Shown here: positions 31,294 through 39,356 of the stretch, piece by piece
Numbering within the stretch: position 1 is the stretch's first letter
Layout of the letters: every line of letters starts with the position of its first letter
Virus record (IMG/VR): IMGVR_UViG_3300037502_001747
Span: 1-57,321 of that record
Reading direction: 5' to 3' (one strand)
Source of the DNA: a virus
Taxonomy: Duplodnaviria > Caudoviricetes
Length of the DNA: 57,321 nucleotides
Translations under genes and position numbers: made by a program
The notes under the pieces: generated by a model
Database searches by the model: none
Seen by the model: the letters and a program-made list of their open reading frames with translations, nothing else
Told to the model about the DNA's origin: nothing

Positions 31294-32220
31294 ATGGGCT
31301 ATCCTGTCTCCGCCGGCCGCCCGGACTACTCGGGGAACTTCATCCCCGAAATCTGGTCGGGCAAACTCATCGAGAACTTCTACGACGCCACCGTGCTCGC
31401 AGCGATCTCGAACACCGACTACGAAGGCGAAATCCGCCGCATGGGCGATACGGTCAACATCCGTACCCAGCCCAACATCACCATCCGTGACTACGTCAAG
31501 GGTCAGAACCTGACCGTTGAGAACCCGGATGCTCCGAAGCTGCAGCTTGTCATCGACAAGGGCGACTACTTCGCTTGCGTCGAAGACGACATCGACCGCA
31601 TCCAGTCGGACGTCAAGCTGATGGACATGTGGTCGAAGGACGCCTCCGAGCAGATGAAGATCAAGATCGACCAGCGTGTGCTGACCGATCTGCTCCCGGG
31701 CATCGCGGCTGCTAACAAGGGCGCCACTGCTGGTCAGCAGTCGGCGGCTTTCAACCTCGGCACGACCGGCTCTCCGCTGACCGTGACCAAGGACGGCGCT
31801 GGTTCCACCACCCCGGTCGTCGATCTGATCGTCGACATGGGCACCGTGCTGGACGAAGCTAACGTGCCGGAGTCGGACCGCTTCCTCGTCATCCCGGCCC
31901 GCATGGCTGGTCTGATCAAGAAGTCGGAACTGAAGGACGCTTCGCTGACCGGTGACGGCACCACCCCGATCCGCAACGGCCGTCTCGGCATGATCGACCG
32001 CTTCACGCTCTACGTGTCGCACAACCTGAACGTCTCGTCCGGCAAGACCTCGCTGATCGCAGGTCACAAAATGGGCTTCACGTTCGCCTCGCAGATGACC
32101 GAGATGGAAACGCTCCGTGCGGAATCCACCTTCGGCAACATCGTTCGCGGGCTGCAGGTGTACGGCTACAAGGTTGTGAAGTCGGAAGCTCTGACGCAAG
32201 CCGTCGTCCAGTTCGCATAA
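31294..32220 (+). CDS. Major capsid protein
   Basis: FIPEIWSGKL, NTDYEGEI..MGDTVNI, LDEANVP, RGLQVYG; strong codon bias. Confidence 0.9.
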   Translation: MGYPVSAGRPDYSGNFIPEIWSGKLIENFYDATVLAAISNTDYEGEIRRMGDTVNIRTQPNITIRDYVKGQNLTVENPDAPKLQLVIDKGDYFACVEDDIDRIQSDVKLMDMWSKDASEQMKIKIDQRVLTDLLPGIAAANKGATAGQQSAAFNLGTTGSPLTVTKDGAGSTTPVVDLIVDMGTVLDEANVPESDRFLVIPARMAGLIKKSELKDASLTGDGTTPIRNGRLGMIDRFTLYVSHNLNVSSGKTSLIAGHKMGFTFASQMTEMETLRAESTFGNIVRGLQVYGYKVVKSEALTQAVVQFA

Positions 32221-32232
32221 GGAGGGACAACA

Positions 32233-32709
32233 ATGGTTGCCTATACTGACTCCCTCGGGTTCTACAAGAACTCGGCTGGCTTCACCGCCAACTACACCGA
32301 CCGCGTGAGCGTGCTGGAGATCGACATCGACTTCCGCAAGATCGCTGCTGCGCGCACGGCTGCCGGTGCTACCGCACTGGCTGCTACCGACACGCTGGTG
32401 ATCGGCGTCCTGCCCAAAGGCTCCTTCGTACTGTCCGGCGTTGCGACGCTGGTCCGTGCAGAAGGCGCCGCGGGTAACATCGACGTCGGCATCGGCGGGG
32501 GCACTGTCGACTTCTGGGTCGACGGCTTCGATCTGAATGCGGCAGTGGGCACCACCGGCGGCTATGCCGACGCGACGGCCTACTACTGCGCAGTCGATAC
32601 CAACATCCTGATGACCATCAACTCGAACAGCCTTGACGTTGCACGCGTCAAGATTTCGCTGGCGGTGGTCAACATGGGTGCTGACCTCGGCGTTGTTCCG
32701 TCGGCCTGA
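32233..32709 (+). CDS. Putative capsid decoration protein
   Basis: AAGGAGG RBS right after the MCP; beta-rich. Confidence 0.7.
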   Translation: MVAYTDSLGFYKNSAGFTANYTDRVSVLEIDIDFRKIAAARTAAGATALAATDTLVIGVLPKGSFVLSGVATLVRAEGAAGNIDVGIGGGTVDFWVDGFDLNAAVGTTGGYADATAYYCAVDTNILMTINSNSLDVARVKISLAVVNMGADLGVVPSA

Positions 32710-32710
32710 T

Positions 32711-32732
32711 GATGGGGGCTTCGGCCCCCATC
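32711..32732 (+). terminator. cUUCGg hairpin (attenuator or stabiliser; no U-tract)
   Basis: gatgggggc-ttcg-gcccccatc. Confidence 0.55.
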
Positions 32733-32754
32733 TCCTCAACAAAGGAGACTGAAC

Positions 32755-33231
32755 ATGGGTGTTTACACTGGCATTTCGCAAGACAATGTCACTATCAACA
32801 GCGGTCAGGCCACGCTGCAGTCACTGACTGTTACGGGGTCGGCGGCTATCGCCGGGGCTATCATGAACGTGCGCCGGCGCTTCACGATCGCTGAAGTGAA
32901 CGCCGGGGCTACTCTGGTACCGGCCGTCTCCGGCAAAGCGATCCGCATGGTTGCCTGCAAGGCCATCGCCGTCGGCGGTGCTGCCGGTGCAGTGACCACG
33001 GTTGATGTGCTGGGCACGTCGACCACTTCTCGCAAGCTCGTCGCTTATGCGCAGGCCAACCTGACGCAGAGCACGGTGCTCGTAGACGGCGGCACTGGCG
33101 GGGCGGTTCTTGCTGATGGCGCATCTTACACCGCAAACGACGCGGGTACGGCCATCACTGTCGGCAAGACGGGCAGCAACGTCACGACGGCGACGCACAT
33201 CGACGTGATCTTCGACTACGTCCTTGTCTAA
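32755..33231 (+). CDS. Virion structural protein
   Basis: AAGGAG RBS; Thr/Ala/Gly-rich. Confidence 0.75.
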   Translation: MGVYTGISQDNVTINSGQATLQSLTVTGSAAIAGAIMNVRRRFTIAEVNAGATLVPAVSGKAIRMVACKAIAVGGAAGAVTTVDVLGTSTTSRKLVAYAQANLTQSTVLVDGGTGGAVLADGASYTANDAGTAITVGKTGSNVTTATHIDVIFDYVLV

Positions 33232-33276
33232 CAACAGTGGGGGCTGCGAGGCCCCCACTACACGAAGAGGTGGGCT

Positions 33277-34239
33277 ATGGCGACAAACCTGACGAACGTA
33301 AAGGCTAAGGATAGCTTCCAGCAGCTGCTACATGTTGACGGCGGGCCGGAAGCCACGGCCAAGACCGTCTACAGTGGGGCTGGCGTGGCCACCGCAATGA
33401 AAGTCGGCACCGCGAGTGTTGAGGTGGATAACATCCGCCTAGACGGCAACACTGTGTCAACTACGAACACGGACGGAAACCTTGTACTAAGTCCAAACGG
33501 GACTGGCGCGGTCGTCATCGGGAATGCCAACATCACTGGTGGCACGATCACCGGGGTTTCGTTCCCCGGCAGCTTCACCGGTATGACGCTCGTCGAGTCT
33601 ACGACGCTGGCTACCGGCGCTGCTGCGGCCGGGGTCAACCTGAATGGCAACACGCTGGCTGCGGACGGCACCGATACCAACATCGACATCAACATCACAC
33701 CCAAGGGCACGGGTGAGGTGAACATCACCAACGTCGACATCCTTAGCGGTAAGGTGCCCTTCAGCACGGTCACCGGCCGGGCCTTCGCCTCCTTCTCCGA
33801 TATCACTGACCAGACTGGCAGCACCTCTGCTGCGACCGCGGTTAAGTTCGGCACCACCGAGATCAGTGGCGCGGGGATTACCATGGTGACCGACGGGGCT
33901 AACCTGACGCGCCTGACCTTCGCCGCAGCCGGGACCTACATGGTCGCTCCGAACCTGCAGCTTGCGAACTCTGACACCGCCGACCACGACGTAACTGTTT
34001 GGTTGGCACTCGACGGCACGAACATCGACAGGTCTGCTACTAAGGTCACGGTGCCCAAAGCGACGGACGGCGGGACCACCTTCTTCCAGATCATCTTCTA
34101 TCTCACCGTGACGGCGGGGCAGTACGTCCAAGTCCTGTGGCTGCCGGAGAACGTGGCTGTGACTCTCGATCACACAGCAGCCGGGGCTATCGCCCCCGCT
34201 ATCCCATCCGCTATCATCACCGCTGAGAGGATCGCGTAA
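33277..34239 (+). CDS. Virion fibre-like protein with C-terminal C1q/TNF-like domain
   Basis: LSPNGTG/ITPKGTG repeats; LTFAAAGTYMV...LTVTAGQYVQV. Confidence 0.7.
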   Translation: MATNLTNVKAKDSFQQLLHVDGGPEATAKTVYSGAGVATAMKVGTASVEVDNIRLDGNTVSTTNTDGNLVLSPNGTGAVVIGNANITGGTITGVSFPGSFTGMTLVESTTLATGAAAAGVNLNGNTLAADGTDTNIDINITPKGTGEVNITNVDILSGKVPFSTVTGRAFASFSDITDQTGSTSAATAVKFGTTEISGAGITMVTDGANLTRLTFAAAGTYMVAPNLQLANSDTADHDVTVWLALDGTNIDRSATKVTVPKATDGGTTFFQIIFYLTVTAGQYVQVLWLPENVAVTLDHTAAGAIAPAIPSAIITAERIA

Positions 34240-34493
34240 TGGCCAAGACACCGGCGTGGACCCGCAAAGAAGGTAAGGACCCGAAGGGTGGCCTCAACGC
34301 CAAGGGTCGAGCCAGCTACAACAAGGCCAACCCGGGTAAGCCCGGGCTCAAGGCCCCGCAGCCGGAGGGCGGCCCGCGCCGCGACAGCTTCTGCGCCCGG
34401 ATGGAAGGCATGAAGAAGAAGCTGACGTCGAAGAAGACGGCCAACGACCCGAACAGCCGCATCAATAAAAGCCTCCGGGCGTGGAACTGCTGA
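34239..34493 (+). CDS. Small basic protein (DUF6321-like)
   Basis: AWTRKEGKDPKGGLNAKGR...RRDSFCARM...SRINKSLRAWNC. Confidence 0.8.
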   Translation: MAKTPAWTRKEGKDPKGGLNAKGRASYNKANPGKPGLKAPQPEGGPRRDSFCARMEGMKKKLTSKKTANDPNSRINKSLRAWNC

Positions 34494-34494
34494 C

Positions 34495-34665
34495 ATGGCC
34501 AGCCCCAAACCGACCAACCCGTCTCTGTGGTCCAAGGTCAAGTCAGAGGCCAAGGCCAAGTTCGACGTGTACCCCAGCGCCTATGCCAACGCATGGGCGT
34601 CCAAGGAGTACAAGAAGCGCGGCGGCGGATGGAGCGGCCCGGATAACCGGGTGAAGAAGAAATGA
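34495..34665 (+). CDS. Small basic protein (DUF5872-like; not in ORF track)
   Basis: PTNPSLWSKVK...YPSAYANAW..KEYKKRGGGW; ATGA overlap. Confidence 0.75.
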   Translation: MASPKPTNPSLWSKVKSEAKAKFDVYPSAYANAWASKEYKKRGGGWSGPDNRVKKK

Positions 34666-34895
34666 GCAAGGGCGGTCTGGGCAAGTGGTTCGGCGAGAAG
34701 TGGGTCGACACCAAGACCGGCAAGGAGTGTGGGCGCTCCGGGGCTGAGAAGTCCTCACGCGCGTACCCTGCTTGCCGCCCGGCCGCTGCCGCTGCCAAGA
34801 TGACCGCCGCGGAGAAACGCTCCATGGCGGCGAAGAAGACCGGTCCGGCCCGCAAGTCGTGGCCAGTCAAACCGTCGGGCGAGAGGAAGAAGTGA
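34662..34895 (+). CDS. Small basic protein
   Basis: GLGKWFGEKWVD...CGRS...YPACRP. Confidence 0.75.
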   Translation: MSKGGLGKWFGEKWVDTKTGKECGRSGAEKSSRAYPACRPAAAAAKMTAAEKRSMAAKKTGPARKSWPVKPSGERKK

Positions 34896-34896
34896 C

Positions 34897-35034
34897 ATGC
34901 CGCTGAACGCCAAGGGCAAGAAGATCAAGGCTGCCATGCAGAAGGAGTATGGCAAGGAGAAGGGGGAGCGTGTGTTCTACGCCTCCGAAAACAAGGGCAC
35001 CATCAAGGGCGTCGCCAAGAAGGGCAAAAAATGA
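34897..35034 (+). CDS. Small basic protein, 45 aa (not in ORF track)
   Basis: MPLNAKGKKIKAAMQKEYGKEKGERVFYASENKG; ATGA overlap. Confidence 0.7.
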   Translation: MPLNAKGKKIKAAMQKEYGKEKGERVFYASENKGTIKGVAKKGKK

Positions 35035-35282
35035 CGAAGTATCTGCGCCACAAGATCGACGGGTTCATCTACGGGTGGCACCCTATCCTCGCTAAGAACC
35101 CACTGTGCGAGGAAGTCACTGAGGAAGAAGCATTCCCGGAGCGGTTCGCCCCACCGGTAGTGATGGAGAAAGCCAAGCGGCGTACCAAGAAGATCGAGCT
35201 CGTGGCTGATGACAACCTGACTGAGCCTGTGTATAGTTCGCCAGAACTGTCGGCAGACGCATCGAGGAACTTGCCTGAATGA
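35031..35282 (+). CDS. Hypothetical protein
   Basis: ATGA overlaps on both sides. Confidence 0.7.
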   Translation: MTKYLRHKIDGFIYGWHPILAKNPLCEEVTEEEAFPERFAPPVVMEKAKRRTKKIELVADDNLTEPVYSSPELSADASRNLPE

Positions 35283-35923
35283 CACCAGCTGATGTCATAG
35301 TCGAGGTTCGGCGCATCGTACAAGACGAGGGGCTACCGTATCGCTACAGCGACGCGGTGCTGCTCGGTTATGTCAACCAGACGCTCAAGCGCATGGCCAT
35401 TCTGCGCCCCGACCTCTTCTCTGAGATCGTGGATATTTCGACCACTGCAGGTTCCGCAGTGCAGTCACTGCCTGCTGACGCTGTGCGCCTGCTGGACATC
35501 TTCCAAGTAAAGAACGGTGCCGCAATCAACGAGGTTGATCGCGAGACTATGAACCGTAACTACCCGAATTGGATGCAGGAAGCCGCCGGGCAACCGGTAA
35601 ACTTCATGCGCCATGTGAAGAATCCTGACCGGTTCTTCCTCTACCCCCGCCCCGCGGCGGGGGTAGTACTTGTTGGAGAGTACACGAAGAGCCCGCCGGA
35701 CTACTTACTGACCGGTACGATAGGCTTCATATCAGACGTGTACTTCCCCGCTCTGGTTGACGGTGTTGTGTTCCTCGCCGAGTCGATCGACGACGAGCAT
35801 GTCCAGTCTGGCCGTGCCAAACTATTCTACGACAGCTTTGTGCAGCAACTCGGGACAAACCTCCAGAGCCGCAAGGTGACCGATACGAAGAACGCCGGGA
35901 TGGATAAGGGTGAGGTGATCTGA
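35279..35923 (+). CDS. Head-tail adaptor protein
   Basis: VRRIVQD...RYSDAVLL...RPD...FFLYPRP pattern. Confidence 0.75.
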   Translation: MTPADVIVEVRRIVQDEGLPYRYSDAVLLGYVNQTLKRMAILRPDLFSEIVDISTTAGSAVQSLPADAVRLLDIFQVKNGAAINEVDRETMNRNYPNWMQEAAGQPVNFMRHVKNPDRFFLYPRPAAGVVLVGEYTKSPPDYLLTGTIGFISDVYFPALVDGVVFLAESIDDEHVQSGRAKLFYDSFVQQLGTNLQSRKVTDTKNAGMDKGEVI

Positions 35924-36693
35924 TGCCTACGCGCGCGTTTACAGACGTACTGCCTAAGGTGCTGCCGTCGGTGCCCGGCTGCCCGCAGCCGCTGGCTGTG
36001 CAGCATATCCGCGACGCAGCAATCCGTGTCTGTGAGCGCACACTGGCATGGCGCTACGCCCAGCCCAAGTTCCAACTGCTGCCCGGGGTATTCGACTACG
36101 AGTACCAGAAGCCTCTGGATACCGAGGTTCACGTGGTCTTCCGCGTGTCGGTTAACGACAGCCCGCTCGAAGTACTGACGCTAGAGCAGGCACTAGATAG
36201 CTATCCTGAATGGGCGGACATCTACAGCGGAGAAGACCCGTCAGTCGTTTGGAGCCTTACTCCGCCCAGCTACACCGGGTCAGATGTCTACGACGAGACC
36301 GAATTCAACCCGGGCTCTGAGTTTGTCCTGCCCCCCGCGATCGTTGCTGCGGCCGCGCAGCCGCGGTCGGTAACACAGTTGACGCCCGATCGGTACATCA
36401 TACTGCCGCTACCCGATGGCGAGGACACGTACATGGTGCGGATGTTCTACGCGCTCAAGCCAACGCGGACTGCGGCGGGCATGGACCAAACGATCCTGAA
36501 CGAACTGGAAGAGCCGATTGTGCATTCCGCGCTGCAGCACCTTCTGGTTATGCCCGGTGTGTCGTGGACTGACCGCGAGTTGGCCTCCTACCATGCCAAG
36601 CAGGCGCTGTTTACACTGACGGAGCGCCGGGCCCGGGCTAACCTGATGAACACCCGCGGCACTGTCACTGCCCAGTTCCCGAAGTTCGCGTGA
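35923..36693 (+). CDS. Second adaptor/tail tube-like protein
   Basis: VLPSVPGCP...IRDAAI..CERTLAW; position in the tail module. Confidence 0.7.
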   Translation: MPTRAFTDVLPKVLPSVPGCPQPLAVQHIRDAAIRVCERTLAWRYAQPKFQLLPGVFDYEYQKPLDTEVHVVFRVSVNDSPLEVLTLEQALDSYPEWADIYSGEDPSVVWSLTPPSYTGSDVYDETEFNPGSEFVLPPAIVAAAAQPRSVTQLTPDRYIILPLPDGEDTYMVRMFYALKPTRTAAGMDQTILNELEEPIVHSALQHLLVMPGVSWTDRELASYHAKQALFTLTERRARANLMNTRGTVTAQFPKFA

Positions 36694-36700
36694 GGATAAG

Positions 36701-38008
36701 ATGGTAGTCAAACTAAGCAACAACGTCCGGTCATCGCTCCGCACGGAGGTGTTGTCTGGTAGTACGACCATCCTTTTGCCCGTCGGCCACGGTGCTCGGT
36801 TCCCGGCGCTTGGCGCGGGTGAGTACTTCTATGCCACCATCGAGGACGCGGCTGGCAACTACGAGATCGTGCGGGTCACTGCCCGGGCGACGGACACGCT
36901 GACTGCAACACGCGGCGCCGAGGGCACGACGGCGCGGACCTTTGCTGCTGGGTCCACTATCGAGATGCGGGTTACTGCTGCCAGCGTTCTGGACGCCGCA
37001 CAAGATGCTGCCGACACGGTGGACTTGGCGCAGTTCAGCGTCACTGCTTCCGCGGCAGAGATCAACATCCTAGACGGGGCGTTGCTGAGCACGGCCGAAC
37101 TCAACATCCTTGACGGGGTGACTGCCTCCACTGCGGAGATTAACATCCTTGACGGGGTGACCGCCTCGACCGCGGAGATCAATATCCTCGACGGGGTTAC
37201 CGCCTCGACCGCAGAGATTAACATCCTTGACGGGGTGACGGCGACGACGGCTGAGATTAACAAGCTGGCCGGTACACCGGCAGGTTTGACGGCAACCGAG
37301 CTCGGTTACGTTGACGGGGTGACTAGCTCTATCCAGACGCAGTTGGATGCCAAGCAGGCGCTTGACTCTGATCTGACAGCACTCGCTGGCCTTTCGGCTA
37401 ATGGTATCATCGCCCGCACGGGGGCGGGAACTGCTGCAGTGCGCACACTTACTGGTACAGCCAACCAGATAACTGTAACGGACGGCGACGGTGTGGCTGG
37501 CAACCCTACCATTGCGGCGGTCGTGGCATCTCAAGCCGAGGCACAGGCCGGCACTGATACTACTAAGCTGATGACACCTCAGCGTGTGCTTCAGTCAATC
37601 ACTGCAAACTCTACTGTGTTGCTTTCGACGCTGACCACGGTCACTGGCAACACCTACACCACGCCCACTTTGGACCTGACTCCGTACAAGTTTGTCACGG
37701 CAGTTGTTGATGGTGTTGGCGACAACTCTGCTACTTCTGGGACGTTCAATATTTTTGGCCTAGGTCTCGTTGCTACTGGGACAACGGCTGCTTTTAGGAT
37801 TTATGGAAGCTGGACGCTTGATCTTCAGACGGGTCTTTTTTTCGGGGTGTCACAGGTCATCACCCCAGCGGCTCTTCCACAACTGCTTTTTGCTCTAGTT
37901 AACAGCGGCGGAAGAACTGCCCTTGGCAATGCGACCACCACCTTCACTGTGACAATGACTACGACAAACTTTGCCGCTGGCACTGTTCGCTTCTACGGAG
38001 TTAGGTGA
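36701..38008 (+). CDS. Tail fibre protein
   Basis: EIVRVTARATDTLTATRGAEGTTAR N-terminal anchor; 13-aa shaft repeats; KLMTPQRV. Confidence 0.8.
   Translation: MVVKLSNNVRSSLRTEVLSGSTTILLPVGHGARFPALGAGEYFYATIEDAAGNYEIVRVTARATDTLTATRGAEGTTARTFAAGSTIEMRVTAASVLDAAQDAADTVDLAQFSVTASAAEINILDGALLSTAELNILDGVTASTAEINILDGVTASTAEINILDGVTASTAEINILDGVTATTAEINKLAGTPAGLTATELGYVDGVTSSIQTQLDAKQALDSDLTALAGLSANGIIARTGAGTAAVRTLTGTANQITVTDGDGVAGNPTIAAVVASQAEAQAGTDTTKLMTPQRVLQSITANSTVLLSTLTTVTGNTYTTPTLDLTPYKFVTAVVDGVGDNSATSGTFNIFGLGLVATGTTAAFRIYGSWTLDLQTGLFFGVSQVITPAALPQLLFALVNSGGRTALGNATTTFTVTMTTTNFAAGTVRFYGVR
37043..37267 (+). repeat. About 5.8 copies of a 39-bp tandem repeat (TASTAEINILDGV)
   Basis: Units start at 37043, 37082, 37121, 37160, 37199 and 37238, diverged mostly at synonymous sites. 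Confidence 0.9.
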
Positions 38009-38009
38009 C

Positions 38010-38303
38010 ATGGCTGACGATCAGCGCTTCGACCGCATTGAGAAAAACCTCGATAAACTCGGGGACAAGATCGACGAGTTAACCAAGGTCGTGACGGCCA
38101 TGGCCCGCATTGAGGAGCGGATGGTGACGCTGTTTAAGCGCATGGATCGGTACGACGAGGCGCAGTCGGAAATCGACGAGCGTCTTGCCGAGGTCGAGAA
38201 GACCTCTACCAAGCGTGGCGTCGTCTACCACATAATCGACAAGGGCTTCTGGCTCATCGTTGGCGCGGGCATGACCTACATCATCAAGACCACTGGTGGC
38301 TGA
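38010..38303 (+). CDS. Coiled-coil protein with C-terminal TM (lysis-associated)
   Basis: RFDRIEKNLDKL...FWLIVGAGMTYII. Confidence 0.7.
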   Translation: MADDQRFDRIEKNLDKLGDKIDELTKVVTAMARIEERMVTLFKRMDRYDEAQSEIDERLAEVEKTSTKRGVVYHIIDKGFWLIVGAGMTYIIKTTGG

Positions 38304-38715
38304 CATGCGGCAGTGGGACCAGCGGAGCCTAAAGAACCTGCAAGGCGTTCGCCCCGAGCTCCGCCGAGTCATGGACCGTGCACTGCAGGACGCCCCGTTC
38401 CCGTTCATCATCACCGAGGGCCTACGCACCATTGAGCGGCAGCGGGAGCTTGTCCGAATCGGCGCGTCGAAGACCCTGAACAGCCGCCACCTGACGGGCC
38501 ATGCCGTGGACCTCGTGCCCTATGTGGACATCGACAAGGACGGTAAGGTCGAGTCGGAAGAGATGTATGCGTGGCCGCTGTATCACAAGCTGGCTGTCGT
38601 GATTAAGGCTGCCGCAGACAAGGAAGACGTCGCCATCGTATGGGGCGGCGACTGGGTGAAGTTCCGTGATGGACCTCACTGGGAACTGGACCGCCGGGTC
38701 TATCCGGCAAAGTAG
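38296..38715 (+). CDS. Endolysin, M15-family peptidase
   Basis: ITEGLRT..RQ, SRHLTGHAVDL, WGGDW, DGPHWEL. Confidence 0.9.
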   Translation: MADMRQWDQRSLKNLQGVRPELRRVMDRALQDAPFPFIITEGLRTIERQRELVRIGASKTLNSRHLTGHAVDLVPYVDIDKDGKVESEEMYAWPLYHKLAVVIKAAADKEDVAIVWGGDWVKFRDGPHWELDRRVYPAK

Positions 38716-38724
38716 GAGACTGCC

Positions 38725-38895
38725 ATGACTGGTGATCAGATCGCAGGCGTCGTTCGCGCCATCGTTGCCGCCCTCGGCGGGTACTTTGTGGGTCAGGGTG
38801 TCACTGACGCCGAAACCGTTGCGACCGTCGGCGGCGCCGCTGCCACTCTCGCCGCTGCACTGTGGTCGATCTACTCCAAGCGCGCCAAAGAATGA
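38725..38895 (+). CDS. Putative two-TM holin (not in ORF track)
   Basis: MTGDQIAGVVRAIVAALGGYFVG...AAALWSIYSKRAKE; AGGAG RBS. Confidence 0.75.
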   Translation: MTGDQIAGVVRAIVAALGGYFVGQGVTDAETVATVGGAAATLAAALWSIYSKRAKE

Positions 38896-39131
38896 TCTGG
38901 CAGGCGTTTTTCTCCGCCCTCCTGCGGCCGGTTCTTCATGCTCTCTCGCTGGCAACAAGCTGGTTTGGTGGCAGAAAATCGGCGCAGGCTGACATCAAAC
39001 TGGCCACCGTCGAGCGATCCCTGAGGGTTGTTCGACGCGCAGAGGAGATCGAGAATGAGGTCGAAGCTCTTGATCGTGAGTCTCTCAAGTCTCGTAGCCG
39101 TCGCTGGGTGCGTGGCGTCAACGACAAGTGA
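38892..39131 (+). CDS. Putative i-spanin (Rz-like)
   Basis: Hydrophobic N-terminus plus coiled coil; ATGA overlap. Confidence 0.6.
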   Translation: MIWQAFFSALLRPVLHALSLATSWFGGRKSAQADIKLATVERSLRVVRRAEEIENEVEALDRESLKSRSRRWVRGVNDK

Positions 39132-39258
39132 GTGCGACTGGACTGAAACGCTATACTACGGCAGCGACAACGTGGTAGACTGGTTGGCAGCGAACGATCC
39201 CTCGCTGTTGGCGGGTGTAACGTCGCACAACGAGAAGCGGATGGAGTTCTGCAAATGA
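39055..39258 (+). CDS. Putative o-spanin (Rz1-like lipoprotein)
   Basis: MRSKLLIVSLSSLVAVAG|C lipobox; overlaps the i-spanin in another frame; GAGGAG RBS. Confidence 0.65.
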   Translation: MRSKLLIVSLSSLVAVAGCVASTTSECDWTETLYYGSDNVVDWLAANDPSLLAGVTSHNEKRMEFCK

Positions 39259-39356
39259 AGAAACCGGCTCCGAAGTTCACCCCCTGCCCGGGGTGCCCTG
39301 CACCTAAGAAATGCGCTGCCATGGGCAAGTGCATGAAGAAGGCCACCAAGAAGTGA
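39255..39356 (+). CDS. 33-aa Lys/Cys-rich peptide (not in ORF track)
   Basis: MKKPAPKFTPCPGCPAPKKCAAMGKCMKKATKK; ATGA and GTGA overlaps. Confidence 0.6.
   Translation: MKKPAPKFTPCPGCPAPKKCAAMGKCMKKATKK

Noticed and set aside
32706-32732. CTGATGA followed by a hairpin as a hammerhead
   Set aside because: No GAAA follows the stem; it is just tandem stop codons plus a UUCG hairpin.
37043-37267. 39-bp tandem repeats as a CRISPR array or DGR
   Set aside because: They are in-frame coding repeats without spacers, and no reverse transcriptase gene is present.
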